The position numbers and the translations under genes are program-made. Shown in pieces: positions 25,723 through 41,499 of a DNA stretch of 64,000 nucleotides. Position 1 is the first letter of the stretch. Each line of letters begins with the position of its first letter. The stretch lies in assembly GCF_046119375.1 (NCBI RefSeq), contig NW_027362761.1:354516001-354580000 (forward strand). Reading direction: 5' to 3'. The notes under the pieces are model-generated. The model was not told where the DNA came from. It saw only the letters and a list, made by a program, of their open reading frames with translations, and made no database searches. The DNA is from Phyllobates terribilis. Lineage: Eukaryota.

Positions 25723-25979
25723 TAGTGTTGAGCGAGTATGTTCTATTAACCCATTCGCCGAGTATGCTTGGGCCGAGCTCCAAGTATTTACAGCTGCTCG
25801 GTGATATGGTTGAATCACTCCCGTGTGCATGATTTGCAACTGTTTGACAGTTTTATTACATGTGAGGAAACAGTTGCAAATCATGCACACGGGAGCGATT
25901 CAAGCATATCACCGAGCAGCTATAAATACTCGGAGCTCGGCTCGAGCATACTCGGACAGAACATACTCGCTCAACCCTA
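25723..25979. mobile_element. hAT-type palindromic MITE with an 8-bp target site duplication
   Basis: ctggttac|TAGTGTTGAGCG ... CGCTCAACCCTA|ctggttac; perfect 8-bp TSD at 25715-25722 and 25980-25987. Confidence 0.9.
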
Positions 25980-26076
25980 CTGGTTACCCATAGAGCCAGT
26001 CTTCCTCCAGAGATAACAAGTACTTGTTTAGGCCATTTTGATTGGATTCCTTATACGAGGAATAGCCAAATGAAGG

Positions 26077-26229
26077 TCAGTCTGACACATCTGATCCACC
26101 CTCAGATCTTCCAACAATCGTCAGCTGTTTGTCAAATTCTTCCTTTGTTATTTTACCCCTCTTCAGCTTTTTTAACAGCCTGGTATCACGGAGGAGCTCA
26201 TTCACATCTTCATCATCTATGTCAGAATC
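26077..26229 (-). CDS. DDX55: DDX55 exon 14, terminal (DSDIDDEDVNELLRDTRLLKKLKRGKITKEEF...SD*)
   Basis: ttcag acceptor and TGA at 26079-26077; matches human EDMEELLNDTRLLKKLKKGKITEEEF. The total CDS is 1776 nt (591 aa). Confidence 0.95.
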   Translation of the reverse strand, partial: DSDIDDEDVNELLRDTRLLKKLKRGKITKEEFDKQLTIVGRSEGGSDVSD

Positions 26230-26352
26230 CTGAAAGACACATCAGCAACTTTACTATTGACTTCTCTGCAGCAATTTCTACAGTAGAATTAGCATTTAAT
26301 GTAGAAAAAAACATGCAAATGCATAATATATTCACAGTTGGAACAGTTTTAC

Positions 26353-26642
26353 CTCCTCATGTTTTCTTTTCAGAGCATTTTTCTTCTTCTTTTCTTTTTT
26401 GACTTTCTGCTTTGACCAGGCTTTATTTTTTGCAAAGTTTCTTCTAAATTCCCCCTCGGGTTTCTGTTTTTTCTCCTGCAGCATCTTCTGTCTTTGCTTT
26501 TCTCTGTGTTTATCTTTGTAAGGAATAGAGTCTGTATCGATGGTCGTGGAAACAAAGTCTGAAAAATCCTTTTCTCTCAGTTCTGGCATTCGGGGCATTT
26601 TAAGCAGAGCAAAACCACGAGCAAGAGTGGAGAAGTCAAAAT
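26353..26642 (-). CDS. DDX55: DDX55 exon 13 (DFDFSTLARGFALLKMPRMPEL...KNKAWSKQK...KRKHEE)
   Basis: attag|...|gtaaaa, 290 nt; C-terminal extension and Lys-rich tail. Confidence 0.97.
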
Positions 26643-27076
26643 CTAATGAAATAAAACAACAAACCATCAGAAAAGAAACAATACGGCCCTGATTCATGAA
26701 GACTGAAGGGTTTCTTGCCGATCTTGATGAGGGAACGTGTTGAGAGTCAAACGCTCCAGACTCATGAAGAGGAGCGTGTCTTATTAATGAATCAGGAGTG
26801 TCTGACAAGAGGTGAGCGCCTCTCTACAAATCTTACTCTAGTCACTGACTGGAGTAAGATTTCTGGTGTAGAGAACCCCACAGCTTGGCATGGATTAGAC
26901 TGTGGCATCATACCCCAGTCCTGCTTTAGCTCCAACTATTTTGGTGGGCTGGGAGAGAAAGGAGTGAAAACGCCGAAATTCGTTACATTTTTGCACAACT
27001 CCCAGTTGTGGCAAAATTTTGTGACTTTTCAGAGCAATTTATTCCAGACTTCTGTTGAAATGTCTCTGATTACTAA

Positions 27077-27462
27077 ATGTACCGTCACACTTAGCGACGC
27101 TACAGCGATCCCGACAACGATACGACCTGTCGGGGATCGTTGCTGCGTCGCTATGTGGTCACTGGTGAGATGTCAAACAGTCAGATCTTCCCAACAATGC
27201 AGCAACGATACAGCGACCCGTTGAGACCTGTATAACGATGCAACGCAAATGCACGCCTATGTGTCTCAGTTCTGAGTCGGCAACGAGGTCGTTGGTATTA
27301 GGTGTCAAACGCACCGATGCATGCTACTCAGCGGGACCTCAACGATCAAAAAATGGTCCAGGCCATTTCGACACGACCAGCGATCTCACAGCAGAGGCCT
27401 GGTCGCTGCTACGTGTCAAAACTTGTGACTCAGCAGCGATCTCGCTTAGTGTGACGGGGGCT
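27077..27462. mobile_element. Harbinger-type palindromic MITE
   Basis: ccgtcacacttagcga ... tcgcttagtgtgacgg|tta; CpG-rich inverted arms. Confidence 0.7.
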
Positions 27463-27552
27463 TTAGGCCCTAATTTCTCATTACTATCAGAAGTGCTCAG
27501 TATTACACAAGGATGTAAAGATAAAAAAAAGCCTTGAGATGACTACTAATTG

Positions 27553-29196
<1,644 letters not shown>

Positions 29197-29248
29197 TATA
29201 TATATATATTATACACACACGCATATGATGAATATAGTGCATACATAC

Positions 29249-29417
29249 CTTTGACTCTGAAAATTAGGTTGCATTCATGCTTGGCATAAGCCTGTACATA
29301 AGACACAAAAGCTTTCATGCCTTTTTCAAACATCGCCCTATCTCTTCCTGCCATAGTTCGCAATTTTGGCAGATGGTCCACTGTACATTTGAAGTCAACC
29401 ATTTCTTGTAGCGGGCA
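29249..29417 (-). CDS. DDX55: DDX55 exon 12 (CPLQEM...FEKGMKAFVSYVQAYAKHECNLIFRVK)
   Basis: attag|...|gtatgt, 169 nt. Confidence 0.97.
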
Positions 29418-29611
29418 CTAATGATTAGGAAATTACAAGAATTAGTAACGGTCGAAAGTAAAAGCATCGGACTGAAAGTATACAGCCACGAGATAAGAGA
29501 AGGGATAAGACACCAAAATGTGCAGAATGGTCTTGCAACCAGGAAAGGACTGGGGACAAAATTTCCCTGTTCTGCTTTGGGATCCACATAACTCTAGTAG
29601 ATAAAGCAAAT

Positions 29612-30460
29612 ACCTGAGCCGGATTCTAAGCTGGTATATGTGCAAAGTGTAAGAGCGCGTTCACACTGTGGCCATTTCACAGACAAAACCCAAGGAAAAA
29701 TTAAATGAGCATATACCCTAAAGCAAGTAAATAGTAATGGTACGTGTAAATAACGCAGGGTACTTAGCTAACGGTATTTTGATCAAAACATAAAACCCAT
29801 CCCACCACAAGAAGGTATATCCATCTGAATGGTCCTAACCTGTCTAGTATTAAAATCTTACCATGGGTTATAAGACGTCAAAGTGGATAAGGGCAGAGCA
29901 GGACAGGGTCCCGACTTAGACACCCAACCATGGGAAGCTATACAGATTAAATACTTAGCCCAGAAAGGTGGGGCATGCCTCATGTTTGTACAAAGTACAA
30001 GAAATTACAGCAAAACCAAAAACCTGAGCCGAACTATATGCTGGTATACGTGCAAAGTGGCCACAGTGTGAATGTGCTCTTACACTTTGCATGTATACCA
30101 GTTTATAATCCGGCTCAGGTTTTTGGTTTTGATGTAATCTCTTGTACTTTGTACAAACGGGGGGCGTGCCCCACCTTTCTGGGCTACGTATTTCATTTGT
30201 ATAGCTTCCCATGAATGAGTGTCTAAGTCGGGACCCTGTCCCACTCTGCCCTTATTCACACTGACGTCATATGACACATGGGAAGGTTTTAATACTAAAC
30301 AGGTTAGGACCATCCCGATGGGTACACCTTGTCGTCATGGCATGGCTTTTATGCTTTTTTCATCAAAATAGCGGTAACTAATTAGCCTGTGTTATTTACA
30401 TGTACCATTACCATTTACTTGCTGTAGGGTATATGTTCATTTTGTTGTTTCTTGGGATGT
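29612..30460. repeat. Long foldback element with an extra direct copy of its centre
   Basis: 29690-30059 is the inverted copy of 30083-30460. 29612-29673 is the reverse complement of 30058-30119. Confidence 0.85.
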
Positions 30461-30518
30461 TCTTGTATATATATTTATTTATTAGCTGTGAAGGAAAAAA
30501 ATATTCCAAAATATTCAC

Positions 30519-30633
30519 CTTTTGATTTATTGAGAGAAAATTGACATATGATTCTTCCATAGGAAGCAAAAATACAAGAGCATTGCCATGATTACCAATT
30601 CTTGCAGTACGTCCACATCGATGCACAAAAGCA
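30519..30633 (-). CDS. DDX55: DDX55 exon 11 ([13 protein letters not shown]...; motif VI)
   Basis: ttcag|...|gtgaat, 115 nt. Confidence 0.97.
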
Positions 30634-30953
30634 CTGAAAGAAACAAACTAACATAAGGGAGAGAAAAAATGGCCAGAACTATAGTGGAAAACTGTATATT
30701 GAGACACAATCTGAAAATTGTAGATAAAGTATGTAGCCACACAGAGAAGAATGCCAATACCTATAATATAAGACACAGGAATGCCCACTGACGCCTAAAG
30801 CACATGACTATTTTATAAAATGACAGAAGTGGACATCTGGGAGTTATACCCATCGTAGACTTGCAATGCGTATAACAATTCCTATTAATCACTATTTAAA
30901 CACACTTATTCAGTTGGCAGATTAATCATATTGTTCCATAAAATTATACTTAA

Positions 30954-32185
30954 CACCTTAATGACACATGACGTATTAATACGTCATGTGTCATGACACC
31001 CGGTTCAGCGGGGGCTCCGGCGGTGAGCCCGCACTGAACCGGGCACATGTCAGCTGATTATTACAGCTGACGTGCCCGCAACAGCCGCGGATGGAATCGC
31101 GATCCACCCGCGGCTGTAAACTAGTTAAATGCCGCTGTCAATCTCTGACAGCGGCATTTAACAGCGCCGCGCCGGAAGCGCGTCACTTACCCCGCCCATC
31201 GGTGACCCCGCGGGTCAGCATGACAACCCGGGGTCTGCAGCAGACCCCAGTGGTTGTCATGAAAAGATTGCTATGAGCACCACCTAGTGGTCGGCACTCA
31301 TAGTACAGGAGCATTTCTGCTACATACAGGTGATCTGCTGATCATCTGTATGTAGCAGAGGCAATCGGACAGTTGCTGCTTCTAGTCTCCTATGGAGACT
31401 ATTGAAGCATGCAAAAAGTTTTAAAAAAATGTTTTTAAAAATATATAAAAAAATACAAGTGTAAATCACCCCCCTTTCGCCCCATTCAAAATAAAATGAT
31501 AAAAAATAAATCCCACATACACATATTTGGTATCGCCGCATTCAGAATATAAAAAAAGAATTAATCCGATCAGTAAACGGTGAAACGAGAAAAAAAATCC
31601 AAATGCCAGAATTATGTTTTTTTGGTAGCTGCAACATTGCAATAAAATGCAATAACGGGCGATCAAAACATCATATCTACCCCAAAATGATATCAATAAA
31701 AACGTCAGCCCGGCGTGCAAAAAATAAGCCCTCACCCAGCCCCAGATCCAGAAAAATGGAGACGCTACGGGTCTCAGAAAATGTCGCCATTTTATTTTAT
31801 TTTTTAGCAAACTTTGGATTTTTTTCACCACTTAAATAAAAAAGAACCTATACATGTTTGGTATCTACGAACTCGTAATGACCTGGAGAATAATAATGGC
31901 AGATCAGTTTTAGCATTCAGTGAACGTGGTAAAAAAAAAAAAAAAATCATCTGTGGTATTGCATTTTTTTTTTGCAATTTCACCGCACTTGGAATTTTTT
32001 TCCCGTTTTCCAGTACACGATATGGTAAAACTAGTAATGGCGTTTAAAAGTACAACTCGTCCCGCAAAAAATAAGCCCTCACACGGCCATATTGTCCAAA
32101 AAAATAATAACGTTATGGTTCTGGGAACAGAGGGAGCAAAAAACGAAAATGCAAAAAAACGGAAAATGTTCCGGTCATGAAGGGG
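30954..32185. mobile_element. Non-autonomous piggyBac-like element in DDX55 intron 10
   Basis: TTAA|CACCTTAATGAC ... GTCATGAAGGGG|TTAA. Internally it is the reverse complement of parts of 7260-8100 and 50860-52300. Confidence 0.8.
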
Positions 32186-32232
32186 TTAAACATTCAGCAA
32201 CAGTAAAGAAAACAGAGACAAGTAGAAGCCTC

Positions 32233-33058
32233 AGGCTGAGTTCACACGATGCGTTTTTAATGCGTTTCCGCGGCGTTTTTGCAGTTGCGGAAACGCATTA
32301 AAAACGCATGGTAGAAGGGCAGCAATGCTCCCCAATTGAAATGCGCATGTGCTGTGCCCATGATGCGGATTTTTCCGCAGCGTAAACGCTGCGCTCAAAA
32401 ATCCGCAGCATGTCAATTAATTTTACGGAAACGCTGCTCTTTTGCCGCCATTGACTTGCATTAGACTGTATGGAATCCGCATCACTGTATATGTTGATGC
32501 GCATTCCGTGCAGTCTAATGTGCGGATGGTACCCGGGTGTGGAGGAGAGGACTCTCATCCAGACCCAGGTACCATTAAAAAAAAAAGAATAAAATAAAAA
32601 ATATATATATACTCACCTTCTGACGGCCCGCGCAGCACTCCTGCTTGGTTCCCGGCACTTAGCGGTTGAATGAAGAAGGACCTTCGCTGACGTCAGAGTC
32701 ATGTGACGGGTCACGTGACGCTGACGTCGGCAGGTCCTAAAGTCTTCACTGCCGGCAGCCGGGACCGAGCTAAGCAGGACACCGGGGGCCATCAGAGGGT
32801 AAAGTATATATTTATTTTTTGACATTCACACACTATATAAATCCATGCCGGCTGCATGGATTTATATAGTGTGAAGTTGACAAGCACTTTCTAAGTGATG
32901 CTAAAATCGCTTGGAAAGCGCTTGTCAACACGCATGCGTAAATGAAAGTGAAGAACGCTTCACTTCCGCATGTACAATCTGCATGCGTTTTTTCTGCCAG
33001 GGAGATCCAGAAACGCTCAGGAAAAATCTGGAGCATTTCTGCATCGTGTGCACATACC
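32233..33058. mobile_element. Harbinger-type MITE (related copy at about 52618-53275)
   Basis: ggctgagttcacacgatgc ... gcatcgtgtgcacataccc|taa. Confidence 0.65.
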
Positions 33059-33134
33059 CTAATACTACAAAATAGAAAAATTAGTGACGAGTCTTCAACT
33101 ATAAGAATGGCACGCTCTCTGAAACACTGCTCAC

Positions 33135-33227
33135 CTGGCACTGCTGGGGGGGTCATACTGCAAAACCCAGTCTACTTCTGGGATGTCAATACCTCTCGCC
33201 ATCACATCAGTACACACCAAAATTCCA
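33135..33227 (-). CDS. DDX55: DDX55 exon 10 ([27 protein letters not shown]; motif V)
   Basis: tacag|...|gtgagc, 93 nt. Confidence 0.97.
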
Positions 33228-33766
33228 CTGTAACAAATGAGACACATTCTTAAAAGGTTTTCTTTTCTTTCCTTTTACATAAATGTATTTTTACAATTGT
33301 GTTTCTTTAAAAATGTTTTAGCATTTGCCTTCTGTAGTCTCTGTGTTGTAATGTCTACGGCTGGCTGCAGAGTGAGTTCATTGAAAATCTATCAGTGAGC
33401 TCACTGTGACAGTCTTACAGGAGAGATAGTCAATTATTTATCTGTCTTTTTCTAGGTGCCTCTTAGCTGCTTTATGACTACAGACTACATCAAAGTTGAC
33501 TACGTGGAAAAAGTCAAATTGTTTTAATAATGGGTTTTAAGAAAACCCAATTGTAAAAATTATTTTCAGTCCCCCAAACAATGCCTTTAAGAAAAAAAAA
33601 CTGTTCCCCACGATGATAATGTTCAGGTAATGCCAACAAACTACTGCAAAATCTTGAACAGATGTTGCAGTGCATGGTCTCTCATGTTAGATGGTGACAC
33701 TTAAGAACCTTCTTCCATTCATGAACACTATAAGCCTACAAGATGCAGTCTGTCCAGTTTTCTCAC

Positions 33767-33898
33767 CTTTCAAGCTTCCTAAATTCTGTGAAAATCCTGT
33801 TACGCTTGTGTTTCATTTTCCCATGAATGCTCATTACATTCACATTTTTCACAAAGGTTTCTAATGCTTTCCCATAGTACTCCACACAGGCACAGGTA
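33767..33898 (-). CDS. DDX55: DDX55 exon 9 (TCACVEYYGKAL...IHGKMKHKRNRIF)
   Basis: cacag|...|gtgaga, 132 nt. Confidence 0.97.
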
Positions 33899-33982
33899 CT
33901 GTGTATACAAGCAGAAAATGGCATTGTAATAACAGAACAAAGCAGACTCTTGGTCAAGACGTCACCCACAATCAGTTGTTAC

Positions 33983-34065
33983 CTGAAAAACACAAGATGT
34001 TTCTCCTGCTTGCGTTGACGTAAGAAACTCACAAGGTAGTTGAACTTTTCATCTGTTTTGCAAAC
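33983..34065 (-). CDS. DDX55: DDX55 exon 8 (VCKTDEKFNYLVSFLRQRKQEKHLVFFS)
   Basis: aacag|...|gtaaca, 83 nt. Confidence 0.96.
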
Positions 34066-34859
34066 CTGTTAAAAACAAATATTTGGGATAAACGATCTAT
34101 ATTTATTTGCCCCTATCAAGTAATTCAAATGGCAACCTGTCCTAGTCACAGGTCAAGACAGGCTCCAGAAACCTGTGTCTCAGCTGACAAGAGGAGCTGT
34201 ATCATAAGCACACATATCTCCATGAGCTGAGGAGAAGGACTGTGACAACAGAAGAAATAATTCTCCTTGACTGACTGTGCACAAAGTTTTCCCTTCAGCC
34301 TCAGTCAACCTCGGCTCATGGAGGTATGTGTGCATCCGATAAAGCTCCTCTGTCAGTTGAGAGACAGGTCTCAGGAGCTGTGTTTCTTCATACTGCAGCT
34401 TGTCCTGATACATGATTAGGATGGACTGCCAATTGAATTACTTGATGGGCATTTTATTAAATTCTCGTTAAACCCCTTTAAGGCCCCTTTATATCTCCGA
34501 TAACATTAAAAAACTATTTCCATCATAAATATTTATGACATCCATAGGACCACTACTGGGAACTGCACCCTTTCCTTTGAATGTATCTTTAGGGCTTGTT
34601 CACACGCTGCGTTTTTCCATGAAAAAAAAAACAAAATGCTGCACTGTACAGTATTAGCAAAATGAATGGGATATCTGAAATCTCATGCACATGGTGCTTA
34701 TTTTTTTCCTTGCAGAATTGAACCATCAGTCTTTTTTTTTTTAATCTGCAGCAGGTCACTTTCAGCGTTTTTGCAGCGCTTTTCACCCATTTAAATGAAT
34801 GGGAAAACAAGTAAAAATGCATATATTTTCGGCAACTTTTTTCCTGCGAACCCTCTTGT

Positions 34860-35860
34860 TTTGTTTTTTAATCATGATAAGTTTATTCAACCATTCATCA
34901 AGATTAACAACAAACATTTAGAGAACATATGAGCATTATACATCTTGTACATATTTAATGCGCACAAGCCTTTGCATTTTCCCAGAAACAAGTTGAACCC
35001 ACTTTTCTGCCTCCCTCCAGCCCTCCCACAATCCCAACAAACCCCTCCTCCCTCTCTGGTGCGCAACAAAACACATTCAGTTAATATTAAAGTATTCGTA
35101 AACTGAAAATTACATCCCTCGCTAACTCCTCAGATACCACCCTAGGGCATCTAATCCAGTTGCCCCATTGCTTACCAAATGGAACTATTGCTCCCCTTTT
35201 AACATATACCTTGTTCTCCATCAGTATTGTGTTATTCAAACACAGGGTTATTTCATATATCGACAGGGGATCCTTTGCCAACCAATGCTCGGCTATGGAC
35301 TTCCTGACTTGGTAGAATATCTTGGTCATGGCCAGTTGAATTGGAGCCAACTCTTAACTCGTCTCCAACAAGGCCCAGAATGCATGTCTTGGGATTGAGC
35401 AGATCTTGGAGTCCATAAACTTCTGAGACTAACTTACCAACATTTTCCCATAACTCAGTCAATTGAGGACAGGACGAGAACATCTGTATTAAGTCTGCTC
35501 CTTCTTCCCTACATCTTGAACACATATCTTTTCTAAGACCCATCTTACATAATGCCTTGGGGGACCTATACACCCTATGCAATAAAAATAACAGATCTTC
35601 TCTGGGCCGTATTAATCTAGATCATTCCTGTCAATTCAAGGATGTCCTCCCACTTACCTTTAACCAAGGCCATGGAGTCTACCAGAATTTTCAGCAACAG
35701 AGAATTTATAGTAGTGAAATCAACCTCCTAATGGCAACACTCATTTTTAGTGCAGAAAAATCTGCTGCAAATACTCAACGTGTACGCATAACCTTAGAAA
35801 GGTTTTCCCACCAAGATCATCATCTTTCTTCAGGATAGATACTAAACCTAAAAAAATGCT
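34860..35860 (-). mobile_element. L1/Tx1-like LINE 3' remnant (ORF2 C-terminal Cys-rich region plus poly(A) end)
   Basis: ORF 35253-35582 encodes HRVYRSP..LCKM...CSRC...ADLIQMFSSCP.L..LW, followed by RKSIAEHW. AATAAA and an A-rich tail lie at about 34890-34860 on the minus strand. Confidence 0.75.
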
Positions 35861-36094
35861 TTTCCCACCAAGAACAAATCCAGTATGCATCTATCTGCTG
35901 TGTAATGAAGTGAAGAAGTTCCTGAATCTCACTGTAACGTTTCTGAATTTAGGGTTACAAGATGAACTCCTTACTTACATACAGATTAAAACAATACATA
36001 TATAGGAGATTAACATTTTTTTTTTAATAAATATAATCTCCTAGGTTACTTTCCTCAGTCACGTTAGTTAGGAATGACACAGAATATCATTTAC

Positions 36095-36284
36095 CAAATA
36101 ATAATTCTGAAGTCGTGCTGGCGTCTTCTGGGTGCTGGTGGCTGCCACCCCTTTCTCCTTCACAGTGATCCGCACTGGATTCCGGAGCCCAGCTCGCACC
36201 AGATTCTCCACTTCCTGAGTTTGGGTGGCAGAGAACAGACCAGTCCTCCTTTGCTTGGGCAGAAAGCCTAATATAGTGTTTATA
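36095..36284 (-). CDS. DDX55: DDX55 exon 7 ([22 protein letters not shown]...; motif III)
   Basis: tgtag|...|gtaaat, 190 nt. Confidence 0.97.
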
Positions 36285-37204
36285 CTACAGTTGAGAAAGA
36301 AAACATTGTGGAGGCATAAAGACTAAAGGGAGTGACGCAGTGCCAGTAAGGAAGCTTTACGTGGTAATATCAATATTGGAGAATGTTCAAATATTTATTA
36401 TCAAACTCGCCCACACATGCTGTCATATCCTACTCTCAGATATGGCTGCGGATATCACCAGACACGCTCGCTTTAAAGGGACTGTCAACACAGAATGACT
36501 GTTCAAACCAAGCACCTTCCCACTTGCTTGTTTTCCATCTATTTCCGCTCTTCTCTGGCTCTATCATGACAGAGCTGTCAATCAAAAAACATGGGGGAGG
36601 GGGGGCCGTGGAGAGATAAATAGGAAAAAAAAGCAATGATGGAAGATGTAGTTAAATACTTGGCCCCACCGTGATGCACTGAGTGCATGTGCTTGGATTG
36701 AAAAGACATTCTATGCTGCAAGGAGACCATTAACTTATATCCCCCTATAGCCACTTGCTTTCAGTCATCTGGACGGGGCAGGCAGCAGTCACAGTCACCG
36801 CGCAATACACAGCGGGTGCGGCTGTAGTCACTCCCCAGCCTGCTCCGCACACAGACTGCACACACACTTCAGAGTAGGCTGTCAATCAAAGTGGCAGGGA
36901 GTGATTACAATCACAGTATGGTGAGCGGTGACTAACTGCTCCCTGCACCACTCCGACGAGTGAAGGTGAGCGGATACAGGGAGGATGAATTAATTTTCTC
37001 CTTGCAGACATACTTCAAATAACATAGGAAGGATTTTAACACCATTTCCCTGAAGATTAAACCAATATCAGCAGGTAACAGCAATTCTAAATGTGAAAGG
37101 TTCCCTTTAAATATATAACTTACTGTCTGCATATATAATGTAACTATATGTATGTCATTATGTTACACTGAAACTTATTATTAGATGAAACATTTAGGAA
37201 TATG

Positions 37205-39676
<2,472 letters not shown>

Positions 39677-39984
39677 TTAATGTGAATAGAAGAACTGCAC
39701 AAGTATGGAAAGAACATACAGATTCACAGCCTGAGTACAGTAACATCTAATCCAAAGCTGAACAAAATGTGGGATGACTACTTCCCAATGTCATCAATTT
39801 TTGTTTTTGATTCACTGAGTAAATCTAGTTTTGCACAACAGTATATAATTTATGAGCAATGGCTCACAGATATATGCGCACTAAAATAAAATACTCTAAT
39901 GGATACTCTTAAAAAACCTTTAGCTAATATCAAAAGAAATGTAAAGCACAAAAAATGCACAAAACAAAATGGGCTCTGTCACAA

Positions 39985-40465
39985 AGACATATAAAAGAGG
40001 TACTAGATAACACCGATGTGGTGTATACTGTCAATAGGTATAGTCCTTTAAGGGCATCAATGAAGGTGCAGATAATATGTTAAAATAGTCCCAGTGTTGC
40101 TGGGGATAGTATAAAAATCAAAATAGAGTATATAGATGGTATATCAAAACAAAGAGCTAAAATGCCCTATTGCACCCTACTTATACCCCAGCCTGACCAT
40201 GGAGGTTGGCACCCTAATATGCACAAGTATATCCCTGCCTTCACGGTCAGGCAGGGGTATAAGTAGGGAGCAATAGGGCATTTTAGCCTTATGTTTTGAT
40301 ATCATACCATCTATACACTCTATCTTTGTTTTAGATACTATCCCCTGCAAGACAGGGTCTACATTTTAACATATCTGCACCTTCATTGATATCCTGATCC
40401 CTTAGAGGACTATACCCTTTGACAGTATATACTATAGATGTATTATCTAGTAGCTCTTTTTATCT
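39985..40465. repeat. Long imperfect foldback element in DDX55 intron 5
   Basis: 39985-40215 is the inverted copy of 40240-40465. Confidence 0.8.
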
Positions 40466-41436
40466 TTCGGCAACCGAGAATTGCTACTGCGCATGCGCGG
40501 GCGGTGGGGGCCATTTTGGTGCATGGAAATTTCATGTGTGGCATCTATAATATTTATTTAATCGTTAAGTGAACCCTTGTTCTTTGCATACTTTTTCTCT
40601 TTTCTAACATTGCTATTTTTGGTATATGTAGGGCTGATCCCTTTCCATCTAGTGGTGCCCTCCATTGTGTTTAACTCAACAAAAATAATACTAAAATAAA
40701 TATAAGTGGAAAGCTGTCAGTCATTAAAGGGGTATGCTCATCTTAAGCATTCATAATGTATCCTCAGGACATACTATAAATGTTTGACAACTATGGGCTA
40801 GGGTGCCGCATGTGCTAGGAGTTTCCGTTTACTCGTATCAGAATTTTGAGGACAGCAAGTAAGGGTATGTGCACACTAAAGCTTTTTTTTGTTTGTTTGG
40901 GTTTTTTTTAGAGCAGAAACTCTCCAAAACCTCCTAATAGACTCAAAACTTCTCAGAGTTTCCACTCAGTTTCTGTTCCAAAAACTCAGTAAAATGACTC
41001 AATGTGCACATACCCCAAGTATGCTCAACAGTTTACCAACTCTAATGGAAGTGAATGGCCGCCTTTCTTCCCCCAGCAACTGTCGAGGCAAAACTATTCT
41101 GGAGATAAATGTGGGTCAGATCTCTAGATACTGCACATGTCAGACATTTAACCGGAAAATATACCATAAATGTCAATACATGTTACACTGTGTCTCTTGC
41201 CTTTACACTATCTTCTAAGCTCAGCTCCTCCTGCGTTATAATTCTATGCCAGATGACACACTTTACTTTCAATAGTATTCCAATAACACATGGTCAGCAG
41301 TATGAGCTGAAAGTGCTGCCAGGACAAAGGCTTGATGGCAATTTTCACTACATGTAAAATAATGTATTTATTAGGGAAATTCAGGATGAAATGTTTCATT
41401 TAGCACATCTTTACAATACGAAATACTGGCACTTAC

Positions 41437-41499
41437 CCATGTTCTTTAAATTTCTTCACATCTTCAACAGGATTACTTCCACCAATAAGGAGGATCTGA
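41437..41499 (-). CDS. DDX55: DDX55 exon 5 (QILLIGGSNPVEDVKKFKEHG)
   Basis: ttcag|...|gtaagt, 63 nt. Confidence 0.95.

Noticed and set aside
33600-33760. snoRNA in DDX55 intron 9
   Set aside because: No convincing C/D box pair or H/ACA two-hairpin fold.
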